Shown: positions 29,649 to 39,692 of the stretch, piece by piece
Layout: each line of letters starts with the position of its first letter
How positions within the stretch are numbered: position 1 is the first letter of the stretch
NCBI GenBank assembly: GCA_963675595.2
Contig: CAXXLZ010000002.1
Span: 2,720,001 to 2,784,000 of the forward strand
From: Thermodesulfobacteriota bacterium
Lineage (GTDB): Bacteria > Desulfobacterota > Desulfarculia > JACQYL01
Direction: 5' to 3'
DNA length: 64,000 bases
Program-made: the position numbers and the translations under genes
Notes under the pieces: generated by a model
The model's database searches: none
Seen by the model: only the letters and a program-made list of their open reading frames with translations
Told to the model about the DNA's origin: nothing

Positions 29649-31042
29649 GCTTCCGCCCCATCGGAAGGTTTCACGCAGTCAAAGAAGAACTGTCGCAAGG
29701 GATAATAGGGATCGGGAAAGTCGTCCATCTCCTCCCGAGAATAGAAGTTCTGTTTGTCCATCACTTCAGCCACGGACAGAAGCGCCTTGGTATCCCGGCC
29801 TCCGGTGTCGTCACGAGCGTCACAGCGCTCCACCAGATCGGCCAGCTCTCTTCCACATTCCTGCGCCAGACATCGTCTGTCACCCCTGCGATGGAAATCG
29901 AAAATGCCCTGGAGAAAAGGCGAGGTCTGCAGAATCCGGCGCAAGGGCGCATCTTTGATGTTTTCACTGCTGAAATGGACCTGGGCGCAGGGTTCGACCC
30001 ACCCCGAAGGTGTGATGTTCAGGGAAACCCCTGAAGAGGCCAGGCACCCCACCACTGCGTAATCATTGAACATGTCCGCGGATAAGACCGGATATTGCTC
30101 ACGAATTTCGTTCACGCGACGCCACAGGCGATACCTTTGATCTCCCGACAGGATGAGATCCGTTCTGGAGTAATCACCGTAGGGCTGAAACCAGAAATAC
30201 CACATGTACAGAACACCCTGATCAATCAATTCACGCACGAAGGCGTCGGAACAAACCGTGTCGATGTTCTTCGGAGTCACGGTGATGCCCACTCCGAAAG
30301 GAACCCCGTAGCGTCTGAGATTGCTCATGGCTCTCATGGCGTTCCGGTACGCGCCTTTTCCCCTGCGCCAGTCGGTTTCTTCCTCGAATCCTTCCAGGCT
30401 GATCATGGCCTGCACGTTGCCGGCGCGCTCCATATGTCGGGCCGTTTCCAGGCTGATGAGGCTTCCGTTGGTGTAAACCTGAAAATAGAAATCCGGGTAG
30501 TCGTAGAACATTCGGACGATGTCCGGGTAGATGAAGGGCTCTCCGCCGAGGAGCGTGTAATAGGTGCAGCCATATTCCCGGCCCTCGTCCAACAGCCGCT
30601 TCACCACGGCGTAGTCCAGCTCCTCATTCTTGGTCCAACCATCGGCGTAACAGCCTTTGCATCGATAATTACACCGGGTGGTCAGGCTGAGTTGAATCAA
30701 CGCGGGATAGCTCACGTTCCTCCGCAACCATTTCCGACGCGTGTTCCGCCCTCGCACAAGCCATAGGACCACCACATTCCAGAGGAATGTTCCAAACGGA
30801 TTCGGCCTCACCCGGCGAACCAATCTGCGAAGAAAGGTCAAGACCGGGGGGACGCCGGGACCGCGAACGGTGTCCGCCCAAAGGGCCATTCCTTTGCCCA
30901 GCCCGCCCGGCAGGATTTTGGAAAGGCTTCCGGCGCAAACAGCCTGGAGTCGTTGCGGCATGGCCAGAAAACCGCGTTCAACGGCATACAAAAGGTAGCT
31001 CCTCATTCGTCTGAAGAGCACGATGATTTCGTGGGTACGCAT
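29645..31042 (-). CDS. radical SAM protein with SPASM/twitch-like C-terminus
   Basis: CNYRCKGC, LLGGEP, YTNG, ISLEG, GCLA...EPC...RRC. The longer 800-aa ORF extension overlaps the next gene and is judged spurious. Start approximate. Confidence 0.88.
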   Translation of the reverse strand: MRTHEIIVLFRRMRSYLLYAVERGFLAMPQRLQAVCAGSLSKILPGGLGKGMALWADTVRGPGVPPVLTFLRRLVRRVRPNPFGTFLWNVVVLWLVRGRNTRRKWLRRNVSYPALIQLSLTTRCNYRCKGCYADGWTKNEELDYAVVKRLLDEGREYGCTYYTLLGGEPFIYPDIVRMFYDYPDFYFQVYTNGSLISLETARHMERAGNVQAMISLEGFEEETDWRRGKGAYRNAMRAMSNLRRYGVPFGVGITVTPKNIDTVCSDAFVRELIDQGVLYMWYFWFQPYGDYSRTDLILSGDQRYRLWRRVNEIREQYPVLSADMFNDYAVVGCLASSGVSLNITPSGWVEPCAQVHFSSENIKDAPLRRILQTSPFLQGIFDFHRRGDRRCLAQECGRELADLVERCDARDDTGGRDTKALLSVAEVMDKQNFYSREEMDDFPDPYYPLRQFFFDCVKPSDGAEA

Positions 31043-31098
31043 ATTCTTGTAGGATATCCATTGCTCCGGCCGGAAAAAGCGTCGGGGCGTGAAAGAGT

Positions 31099-32478
31099 CT
31101 ACTGAAGCCAGTGGCCCAGGGTCAGGGCATTCATGCCCAGATGCTTTTCGGGGACGTTGTCCCTGATCCAATTCAACGTCCGCTTCTTGGCGAACATCCG
31201 AATCAGTGTTTCCTCTCCGATGTTCCCCATGCAATATTGCTTCTGATTGGCGATCAGGTGGACGTCGCCCAAGGGGTCCACTTCCATGCAGTGTTGCCTG
31301 AGATCGTAGAAGTTGCCCAGATTGGTGCTGTTGAATCCCCGCATGTAGTCCAGACAAACGGACCGGGCGCCGTGCACGGAGCCCTGGAAACGATATATCT
31401 GCCGCGTTACCTGGAGTTCCTGCTCCGGCGTGAGGGAGTACCGGTCGTCGAAACCCACATAGGGAGAATAGCAGTAGAAAGTTGCTCCCCGGTCGTACAC
31501 TTCGCGTTTGACGAAGTCGAGGTTCACCACTTCGTCGAAGTTGGCTCCGCTCACCGGGACGATCACGCCGAAAGGCTTCTTGTGGTCCTTCAGCAGGCGA
31601 ACGGCCCTGACGGCGTTCTCGTAGGCGTCGGCCCGCCGCATGCGGGCCATGGTTTCCGGTCCCCCTTCGATGGTGACGAAAAGCAAGAGATTTCTGAGGC
31701 GTGCGATCTCGTCGATGTGCTCCGGGACGAATTCGCCGTTGGTTCCGCTGATGAAGAAAAGCCGGGGGTGCTTTCGAGCCATGTCGAAAAAGTAAGGCCA
31801 CATGAGGGGTTCTCCCACGTACGATCCGATGAGGGGATACCCCAGGTGGGCGATCTCGTTCATATAACGGTCCGCATACTCGAAAGGCAGTATGTCCTCC
31901 ACGTTTTTCTTGAAATGAGACTTCTGCGGACAGATCCGGCAACGGTAGCTGCAACTGACCTGTATGGTCCAGCCCACGTGCAGGAAATAATCCAGGCCCA
32001 ACAAGTTGGACACCTCGATCCGTTTCTTGAGGCCCACCACCTGCCACACAAAGGCGTTCCAGGATTCGCTGGGGAACCGGGGTATATTCAGCAGGGAACT
32101 CACGGCGAGATTGATCAGCCCCCTGTACTTATAATACAGAATCCGGTCCGGGGTAACCAGGGAGTGAAGCACCCTTTTCACAAAAAACACCGACCCCTGT
32201 TTGAGGTCTTCGCTAAAGGGCCTTTCGACGATCTCGGAAAGTTTCCGGAAAATCTCCTCGTCGACGGCCTCCTCATCTTCCCGGACTTCAATCGATTCCC
32301 GAACCGGACGATCATTCGGACGAAGAGTTGTTTCGGGAAGGGACCCGGCGGTCGCGGACGAAGCGCCGCCAAGAATTTCTACTGCATGTTCAGTCACTTG
32401 TATTTCCAATATTCGATTTGAAGCGGGACGGATCCGTCCTTTCGGTACGTCCGAACCGCTGTAATGATTGACTGGCAA
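31099..32478 (-). CDS. radical SAM protein, divergent paralog of the downstream gene
   Basis: CSYRCRIC, VGEP, GTNG, TIEG. Start uncertain, possibly near 32396. Confidence 0.8.
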   Translation of the reverse strand: MPVNHYSGSDVPKGRIRPASNRILEIQVTEHAVEILGGASSATAGSLPETTLRPNDRPVRESIEVREDEEAVDEEIFRKLSEIVERPFSEDLKQGSVFFVKRVLHSLVTPDRILYYKYRGLINLAVSSLLNIPRFPSESWNAFVWQVVGLKKRIEVSNLLGLDYFLHVGWTIQVSCSYRCRICPQKSHFKKNVEDILPFEYADRYMNEIAHLGYPLIGSYVGEPLMWPYFFDMARKHPRLFFISGTNGEFVPEHIDEIARLRNLLLFVTIEGGPETMARMRRADAYENAVRAVRLLKDHKKPFGVIVPVSGANFDEVVNLDFVKREVYDRGATFYCYSPYVGFDDRYSLTPEQELQVTRQIYRFQGSVHGARSVCLDYMRGFNSTNLGNFYDLRQHCMEVDPLGDVHLIANQKQYCMGNIGEETLIRMFAKKRTLNWIRDNVPEKHLGMNALTLGHWLQ

Positions 32479-32505
32479 AATTCACGATGCTTTACTTGAA
32501 AGCTT

Positions 32506-33213
32506 ATGGATTCACCGCTTATTTTTATTGAGAATGTAACTAAAATATATCGGAACGGTCAAGTGGAACAGGCGGCGCTCCGGGATGTGACTCTTTGCCT
32601 TTCCAAAGGGGATTTCGTGAGTGTCATGGGGCCGAGCGGATGCGGTAAATCCACCTTGTTGAACCTGGTCGGCGGCCTGGACAAACCCACGCGAGGCCGG
32701 ATCCTGTTCGACGGCCGGAACATGGCCTCCATGAGCGACGACGAGCTCACGATGCTCCGTAGGGATCGCATCGGATTGGTGTTCCAATTCTTCAACCTGC
32801 TTCCACATCTGACCGCTCTCGAGAATACGGCCCTGCCCTTGTACATGTTGGGCGTCTCCACACGAGAGGCGAACCGCAGAGCACGGGAAATCCTCGATTA
32901 CGTGGGATTGAGCAGATGGGAATCACACGTCCCCAGCCGACTGTCCGGCGGACAACAACAGCGGGTGGCCATCGCCCGCGGCTTGGTAAGAGAACCGGAA
33001 GTGCTGCTCGCCGACGAACCGACCGGCAATCTCGATTCCCATAACACCTCGGAAGTCATGTCTTTGTTCGAGCGTCTGAGTTCCGATATTCGACTGACCA
33101 TCATCCTGGTCACCCATCAGGCGGACGTGGCCGCCGGTGCCGACAAGATCATACATATGAACGACGGCTCCATTCCGGAATCTTCAACCCCATGCCCATC
33201 AAACGACGCATAA
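32506..33213 (+). CDS. ABC transporter ATP-binding protein (LolD/MacB-type)
   Basis: GPSGCGKST, FQFFNL, LSGGQQQRVAIAR, ADEPTGNLD, VTH. Confidence 0.93.
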   Translation: MDSPLIFIENVTKIYRNGQVEQAALRDVTLCLSKGDFVSVMGPSGCGKSTLLNLVGGLDKPTRGRILFDGRNMASMSDDELTMLRRDRIGLVFQFFNLLPHLTALENTALPLYMLGVSTREANRRAREILDYVGLSRWESHVPSRLSGGQQQRVAIARGLVREPEVLLADEPTGNLDSHNTSEVMSLFERLSSDIRLTIILVTHQADVAAGADKIIHMNDGSIPESSTPCPSNDA

Positions 33214-35774
33214 CGGCTTTCCTTCACATGCTCCGATACGTGGTGTTGGGCGATTTATCGGCCAACCGGGTCAAGTATGTGCTGACGATCTTGGGGATCG
33301 CTCTGGGCATCGCCATCTTCGTCGCCGTGGAAACCGCCAACCTGACCATCAACGAGAGCCTGGGACGCATGAAGGGTTACCGGGCGAGCTCCGCCGACCT
33401 GTTCATTTCCGCGAGAGACTTTGGATTCGACGAGAAACTGCTTACCATAGTGGATCGGCATCCCGAGGTGAAATCCGCCTTGCCGCTGGTCGTCGTCCCG
33501 GCTTCCATAGAAACGGCATCAGGAGAAATTCCCATTCAAGTGTACGGGACCGACCTCATCGCCGGGTTGAGCCGGTATGAGACAAGACGGATGCTCAAAC
33601 GCTTCCAGGGAAGCTTCATAGATATCGTAACGGACCCTGAAAGCATCATTCTCAGCGCCTCTTTTGCTGAAGAGTACGGGATTTCGACGGGACAACGCGT
33701 GATCATTCGGTCTTCCGACCGGACGCAGTCCTTCGTGGTCAAAGCCTTGGCCGAAGTCGACCGTCGACAGGCCTCCGGAGAAAACTATGCCTTGCTGGAC
33801 ATCGCGTTGGTTCAATGGAAGTTTGAGCGTCTGGGCCTCCTGGACCGTATCGATATTACCCTGAAACCCGGAGCGGATCCCTACCGAGTGGAGGCCCAAC
33901 TGAGGGCATCCATGCCCCCCTATGTGGACGTCTTCTCGAAGGAAGCCGGAGGGGCCGAGATGACCGGACTGGTGTCGTCCTTCCAGATGAACGTCACCAT
34001 TTTAAGTCTCATTTCTTTGCTCGTAGGCATGTTTCTCGTCTATAACACGGTATTCATATCCTACATTCGAAAACGCAGGCAGATCGGGATCCTTCGGGCT
34101 TTAGGGGTAACCCGGGGGGGAATCTTCTGGATATTCTCCGCCGAGAGTCTGTTCTATGGAACCTTGGGCGGTTTCGTGGGAATCTGGCTGGGTTATCTTC
34201 TCTCCTATTTCACGGTGGACTCCATGTCCACCACGGTGAACATGCTCTACGCCAAAATCGAACCGGCCCGAATCCATTTCTCCACGTCCGTCATGTCTTT
34301 CGGAATGTTCATGGGGATCGCGGCGTCCTTCGTCTCCTCCCTGATTCCGGCCATGGAGGCGGCGCGAGTGAGTCAGGCCGAAAGCCTGGCCCGCGGATCC
34401 TTCGAGGTGCGCTTCTCTTTCGTCCACCGCAAACTTCTGTATCCCGGTATCGGTCTCCTCGCCCTGGCTTATCTCCTCTCCCTCAGAGGGCCGGTGGTGG
34501 GTATTCCCGTGTTCGGCTACCTGGCCACCATGTGCGTCATGTTCGGCATGGCCTTGTTGACCGCGCCCGTGGCCGCCAAAGCCAACCAGCTGATCCGGGG
34601 CTTGGTGAGGGGCTGGTTCGGGGCCGAAGGCTTCCTGGCTCATAGGAACCTGGGACGCAATCTCGGACGCTCCTCGGTGATCCTTTGCGCGATCATGGTC
34701 AGCTTGGGGATGTCCGTGAGCTTCATGTTTATGATCCACAGCTTCCGATCGTCCCTGGAAAACCTGATCAACCAGGTAATCAAGTTCGATTTCGTGGTGG
34801 CGGACCGGCACAGTCTGGAGCGCGGGCTCCTCGCCCACCTGCCCAAGAGAATCACTCATGAAATCGAGGGCATTCCCGATGTGGGCGTGGTGGAGGGCTA
34901 CTCCATGATCGATCAGCCCTTTCGCAAGACCGGCATCGTCCTCATGAGCGTGGGATTGGACACCTATCAACGATACGATCAGATCCGATTCCTGTCGGGC
35001 GACAAGGCGCAAATCTATGATAAAGCCCGTTCCGGCGAAATTCTCATTTCGGAGGCCCTTTCCACCAAACACGATCTGGAAGTCGGAGACTCCATGGAAC
35101 TGCGCACTCCGGCTGGAACGGTAAGATTCCCCGTGGCGGGCATCTTCTATAACTACCAGTTCGAGCGGGGAATGGCCTACCTGGACAGATCGGTTTACGA
35201 AAGATACTATCCGCCCGATCGTCTTACAGGCGTGCACGTTTACGTGAAGGACCATGGAAATCCGGACCAGGTGTTCTCGGCCCTGGAAGATCGCATCGCC
35301 GGTCCCTTCGGCGCCGTGATCGTACCTCGGGACGAGTTGAAGCGTTACATCATGGAAGCTTTCGACCAAACCTTCGCCATCACCTACGCTCTGCAGCTCA
35401 TCGCCATTGTCGTGGCGGTACTGGCCGTTGTGAACACCTTCTCCGCGGCCATCATGGAAAGACGGCGAGAAATCGGCATCTTAAGGTGCATCGGTCTCTT
35501 TCGCTCACAGGTGCGCAAAATGATCCTGGTGGAAGCGGGCATCGTCGGCGGGGTCGGTTGCCTTCTCGGAGTCATCACCGGCACCCTTCTGGCGTTGATT
35601 CTGATCTTCGTCATCAACAAGCAATCTTTCGGCTGGAGCATTCATTTCCATGTGCCCCTGGTTTCCATCCTCTTGGGAACCTTGGCGGTGTTCATCACAA
35701 CGCTCCTGGCAGGAGTCATACCCGCCGCGCGAGCCGCGTCGACCGATCTGGGCGAGGCGTTTCGCCATGAATAG
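33192..35774 (+). CDS. FtsX-like ABC permease, duplicated
   Basis: Two repeats of TM + periplasmic domain + 3 TM with RRQIGILRALG and RREIGILRCIG; INKQSFGWS motif. Confidence 0.92.
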   Translation: MPIKRRITAFLHMLRYVVLGDLSANRVKYVLTILGIALGIAIFVAVETANLTINESLGRMKGYRASSADLFISARDFGFDEKLLTIVDRHPEVKSALPLVVVPASIETASGEIPIQVYGTDLIAGLSRYETRRMLKRFQGSFIDIVTDPESIILSASFAEEYGISTGQRVIIRSSDRTQSFVVKALAEVDRRQASGENYALLDIALVQWKFERLGLLDRIDITLKPGADPYRVEAQLRASMPPYVDVFSKEAGGAEMTGLVSSFQMNVTILSLISLLVGMFLVYNTVFISYIRKRRQIGILRALGVTRGGIFWIFSAESLFYGTLGGFVGIWLGYLLSYFTVDSMSTTVNMLYAKIEPARIHFSTSVMSFGMFMGIAASFVSSLIPAMEAARVSQAESLARGSFEVRFSFVHRKLLYPGIGLLALAYLLSLRGPVVGIPVFGYLATMCVMFGMALLTAPVAAKANQLIRGLVRGWFGAEGFLAHRNLGRNLGRSSVILCAIMVSLGMSVSFMFMIHSFRSSLENLINQVIKFDFVVADRHSLERGLLAHLPKRITHEIEGIPDVGVVEGYSMIDQPFRKTGIVLMSVGLDTYQRYDQIRFLSGDKAQIYDKARSGEILISEALSTKHDLEVGDSMELRTPAGTVRFPVAGIFYNYQFERGMAYLDRSVYERYYPPDRLTGVHVYVKDHGNPDQVFSALEDRIAGPFGAVIVPRDELKRYIMEAFDQTFAITYALQLIAIVVAVLAVVNTFSAAIMERRREIGILRCIGLFRSQVRKMILVEAGIVGGVGCLLGVITGTLLALILIFVINKQSFGWSIHFHVPLVSILLGTLAVFITTLLAGVIPAARAASTDLGEAFRHE

Positions 35775-36954
35775 AAGGCGCCGCACGGAACCGGTGTTCT
35801 TCCCTTCGGCCGGGCGCCGGCTGATCTGCGCAAGTCTGTGGCTTGTGCTGCTCCTCTTCATAAGCGCGTCGGCTGCTGCTTCCGACAAAGGCCAAACATC
35901 GAAAAACCATGGTTCAGGACGCTTCATCCCCGTGGTTCCCGGAAAGGTTTGGCATTTTCCGGAAGACCATTACGCGCACCTCAATCATCGCATCGAGTGG
36001 TGGTACTTCACGGGAAACCTTCGCTCCGGGAATCGCCTTTTCGGGTACGAACTCACATTTTTTCGTTATGGTTTCGACAACCCCTTGATCCTGGAAAACC
36101 CCTCCGTCTGGGCGCTCAGAGACCTTTACTTCGCGCACTTCGCAGTTTCCGATATGACCTCCAAGCATTTTCTATATAGCGAAAAGGTGGAACGGGGTGT
36201 CTTGGACAAAGCGGGAGCCGATGCTCAAGAAAAGCGGGTATGGGCTGGAGATTGGTTTTTGGATCTGGGAGACCCTTGGGAGCTTCACGCCCAAGATGAA
36301 GCAAAGTCCGTTTCATTAAAGCTCCGTCCCGTTAAATCTCCCGTGTTCCACGGCAGGCAAGGGTACGCCCCCAAAGGGGAACGCCCGAATCAGGCATTTT
36401 ATTATTACTCGCTGACACGCCTCGCCACAGAGGGAACTTTGCGCATCGACGGCGAGACCTTTCCCGTCCAAGGGCTGAGCTGGATGGATCATGAGTTCGG
36501 TTCCCATCCCCTGGACACCGAAGATCGGGAAGGTTGGGATTGGTTCGGACTGCAGCTGGACGACGGGTCGGAGCTCATGCTTTATTGTCTTCGGCCTTCC
36601 GAGTCTTCCGGGACCGGATTCGGCCTTGGAACCCTCGTTTACCCGGATGGAACCAGCACTCACCTCACGATGAACGAATTTCGTATAGAGCCCTTGAGTT
36701 TCTGGAAGAGCCCCCAGAGCGGAGGGAGATATCCTGTGAAGTGGAAGTTGCGAATTCCCTCAAAATCATTATACTTGGAAGTCACGGCTGCGTTTAACTC
36801 CCAGGAACTCATCACCAACCGCAGCACCGGGGTCACCTACTGGGAGGGCGCAGTGGAAATTACGGGCAGACGCGGGGATGTTCCTCTGAATGGGAGGGGC
36901 TACGTGGAGATGACGGGATACGCCGCGCCTTTCAAGATGCAGGGAGCGCGGTAG
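35767..36954 (+). CDS. AttH-like / CrtC-lipocalin domain secreted protein
   Basis: FPEDHYAH..EWWYFTGNL, YYYS, SWMDHE, GWDWF, YWEG, GYVEMTGY; signal peptide. Confidence 0.88.
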   Translation: MNRRRRTEPVFFPSAGRRLICASLWLVLLLFISASAAASDKGQTSKNHGSGRFIPVVPGKVWHFPEDHYAHLNHRIEWWYFTGNLRSGNRLFGYELTFFRYGFDNPLILENPSVWALRDLYFAHFAVSDMTSKHFLYSEKVERGVLDKAGADAQEKRVWAGDWFLDLGDPWELHAQDEAKSVSLKLRPVKSPVFHGRQGYAPKGERPNQAFYYYSLTRLATEGTLRIDGETFPVQGLSWMDHEFGSHPLDTEDREGWDWFGLQLDDGSELMLYCLRPSESSGTGFGLGTLVYPDGTSTHLTMNEFRIEPLSFWKSPQSGGRYPVKWKLRIPSKSLYLEVTAAFNSQELITNRSTGVTYWEGAVEITGRRGDVPLNGRGYVEMTGYAAPFKMQGAR

Positions 36955-37051
36955 GCCCTTCCGGCCGAACATCCTCAGAACGTCCAAACAACCCTAATTT
37001 CACCCGATCCGGCAGCGATAAATCACTTCTTCATATTGAAAGGAAGCAACC

Positions 37052-38302
37052 TTGAGAAGGACTTGTGCCATTCTGTTGCTGGTACTGACTCTCACATGCG
37101 GAGCCGCCTGGGCCGTTCCCGACGGAATCTGGAAAGACTCGGAGATTTCTCCCACCTACAACTTTTATGTTCAAACCTATGACGAAGCCTCCATGGTCGT
37201 CATCGTATCCAGGGGCGCAGACGAATTTTGGGTCTTCATGGATACGAACTTCTCCGACGGTTTCAGCGCGAATGAGGACATCTCCGGGGCGAACCATCGT
37301 TTGACGATCGTGTTCTCCGACGACGATTCCGCTGTTGCCAAGCTCACCTTCGACGGCGCCGCCGCGGAAACCTACGCCATTACGCGCACCGGCACCGCAC
37401 CCTACCCGACCACCGAAGTAGAGGGGACGCCCCCTTCAGGAAGCGTAACACCGCCGGGATCGCCCGTGAAAGGGGTCATTACCTTGGAGGGCGCCGCGGA
37501 GGACGACGTGGGAATCGACCATGTGGGCATCAAATGCGGAGACGCTCAGGAAGTCGAAGCCTCGTTCAACAAATACGCCGGAACGTTCAGTTACGTATGG
37601 GATACCACCTTCGAAGCCAACGGCGGCCTCACGCTGAAAATCAACGCTTACGACGTCGAAGGGCTGAGTTCGACCATCGCCTGCCTGACGGTGGAGGTGG
37701 ACAACACTTCCAAGCAGGTAAGTCTTCTGCTTCCCGCCGACGGCGACGTGGTTTATCCGCCCTTCAACCTCGACTGGCTCACCATCAGCGACGCCGTCCG
37801 GTATGTGGTTCAGGTGGCGGAAGACGAAGCCTTTGCCAACCTGATCGTCAATCGTGAATGGAGCATTCCTCCGTATACGTTCGCCGACTCCTCCCTTTTC
37901 GAGGGGACCGGCCCTTATTACTGGAGGGTGCGCGCCGTGTTGGATTCCGACGAAATCACTCCCTGGTCCGAAGCGAGGAAATTCTGCGCATCCGGTTCGT
38001 GTGGGTCCGGCGGAGGCGACGAGTTAGCCCAAGTTACGCTGATCACGCCGGACGACGGCGCCTCGGTGAGCGTTCCCGTGAAGATGATCTGGTCACAGGT
38101 TGAAAACGCTTCCGCCTACGAAATCAAAGTCTGTCTCGACGCCCAATGCGGCTTCGTCACTTTGGATCAGGACGACTGGCTCCATCCTTCCATGACCTTT
38201 TATGCAACCTCCGGAGTCGAGTATTACTGGAAAGCGAGGGCGAAGTACGCCGACGGACAGGCGGGCCCGTGGTCCGAGGTCCGGACATATACCACCCAGT
38301 AA
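37052..38302 (+). CDS. secreted protein: unrecognised N-terminal domain, Ig-like domain, 2 FnIII-like domains
   Basis: Signal peptide; DGIWKD domain; AEDDVGI...WDTT...NG Ig-like; two YYW(R/K)...WSE repeats. Confidence 0.8.
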   Translation: MRRTCAILLLVLTLTCGAAWAVPDGIWKDSEISPTYNFYVQTYDEASMVVIVSRGADEFWVFMDTNFSDGFSANEDISGANHRLTIVFSDDDSAVAKLTFDGAAAETYAITRTGTAPYPTTEVEGTPPSGSVTPPGSPVKGVITLEGAAEDDVGIDHVGIKCGDAQEVEASFNKYAGTFSYVWDTTFEANGGLTLKINAYDVEGLSSTIACLTVEVDNTSKQVSLLLPADGDVVYPPFNLDWLTISDAVRYVVQVAEDEAFANLIVNREWSIPPYTFADSSLFEGTGPYYWRVRAVLDSDEITPWSEARKFCASGSCGSGGGDELAQVTLITPDDGASVSVPVKMIWSQVENASAYEIKVCLDAQCGFVTLDQDDWLHPSMTFYATSGVEYYWKARAKYADGQAGPWSEVRTYTTQ

Positions 38303-38359
38303 CGGAGGGCGGGGTCCGTGACGATTCGGACAGCCCACACGGAAAAGAGGGAGGACGCC

Positions 38360-39625
38360 ATGAAGAAAGCCGGGATATTTGTTCTGTGTTCCCTTTTTCT
38401 CTTCCTCGGTACGGCGTGGGCCACGCCGGACGGTGTTTGGAAAGACAACCCATCGAACCCCACCTACAATTTTTATGTTCAAACCTACCAGGGCGACTCC
38501 ATGATCGTGATCGTGGCCGCCGGGGTAGCGGATTTCTGGGTGTTTCTCGATTCGAATTACAAAGACGGGTTCACCGCTTCTCAAGACTTGAACGGCGACC
38601 CTCACCAAATCGTGATCAACTTCGCCAGTGATGATGCGGCGGTGGCGACCATCACGTTCCAGGGCTCTTCCGCGGCAAGTTACGCCATATCGAGGACGGT
38701 GCAGGCGCCCGCTTCCAGCTCTGGGGGAAGCGGCACGGGCAATCCGCCCTCCGGAGTTTTGACCGCCCCGTCCGGCGGAGCGAACTTGAGCGGCACCTAC
38801 CTCATCCAGGGCACGGCCACCGACGATGTGGGCGTTCAGAAGGTGGGGATCAAGATCGGAAGCGCCGCCGAGGTCAACGCAGCGTACAATTCGGCCACCA
38901 ACCAGTTCACCTACAGTTGGGACACCACCTCGGTGGCCGACGGCACGACCACGATCCAGGTGACGGTTTACGACACCGAAGGCCTGAACACCGTCATCGC
39001 CGCCATCACCGTTACGGTGAGCAACGGCGGGGGAAGTGGCGGAACCACCGTAAACCTGGTGTATCCGCCCGACGGAAGCACGGGGCTGGTCGCGCCCTTC
39101 GACCTGGAGTGGGACCCCGTGTCCGGAGCGTCCTCCTACCGAATTCAGATTTCCAACGATGCTTTGTTTACCAGCCTGGTGGACGATCGTTTCTGGGCCT
39201 CCACATTTTTCACCGTAACCGGGCTCACGGGCGGGCCTTTCTACTGGCGCGTGTCGGCAATCATCGGCGGCGTCCAGCAATCCTGGTCCAGTGAATGGGA
39301 CTTTTCGGGCACCGGAGGAGGAGGCGGGCCCGTTGTACCACCTCCCTCGGGAACGACCGTCACCCTCCTGACTCCGGCGAACGGAGCCAATGTGTTCTCA
39401 CCGGTGAGCATGACGTGGACGGCCGTCAGCGGCGCCATCGGGTATCATTTACAGATTTGTTATGATTCTTCCTGTTCCATCACCACCTATGACGATACCG
39501 CTTGGCCATACAGCGGCGCTGCGCTGCCGGCATCCCCGGGCACACGCTGGTGGCGAGTGCGCGCCAACCTGGGCGGCGGTGTTTACGGAGCCTGGACTTC
39601 CATCTGGTCTTTTGTGGTCAATTAA
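38360..39625 (+). CDS. secreted protein, tandem paralog of 37052-38302
   Basis: Signal peptide; DGVWKD domain; ATDDVGV...WDTT..ADG; FYWRV and WWRV repeats; Gly/Ser linkers. Confidence 0.82.
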   Translation: MKKAGIFVLCSLFLFLGTAWATPDGVWKDNPSNPTYNFYVQTYQGDSMIVIVAAGVADFWVFLDSNYKDGFTASQDLNGDPHQIVINFASDDAAVATITFQGSSAASYAISRTVQAPASSSGGSGTGNPPSGVLTAPSGGANLSGTYLIQGTATDDVGVQKVGIKIGSAAEVNAAYNSATNQFTYSWDTTSVADGTTTIQVTVYDTEGLNTVIAAITVTVSNGGGSGGTTVNLVYPPDGSTGLVAPFDLEWDPVSGASSYRIQISNDALFTSLVDDRFWASTFFTVTGLTGGPFYWRVSAIIGGVQQSWSSEWDFSGTGGGGGPVVPPPSGTTVTLLTPANGANVFSPVSMTWTAVSGAIGYHLQICYDSSCSITTYDDTAWPYSGAALPASPGTRWWRVRANLGGGVYGAWTSIWSFVVN

Positions 39626-39633
39626 GACAACGA

Positions 39634-39659
39634 AGGCGCGGCCGAAACCGGCCGCGCCT
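39634..39659. terminator. hairpin between convergent genes
   Basis: AGGCGCGGCCG-AAAC-CGGCCGCGCCT perfect 11-bp stem. Confidence 0.65.
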
Positions 39660-39692
39660 CCCAGTCCTCCGCATCTTTAATCCATCAACTCC

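Noticed and set aside
31043-32047. N-terminal 335 aa of the 800-aa ORF 29645-32047, suggesting a giant radical SAM fusion or frameshift
   Set aside because: The sequence is Arg/Pro/Gly-rich shadow translation overlapping the real gene 31099-32478 in another frame. Both genes have their own CxxxCxxC motif.
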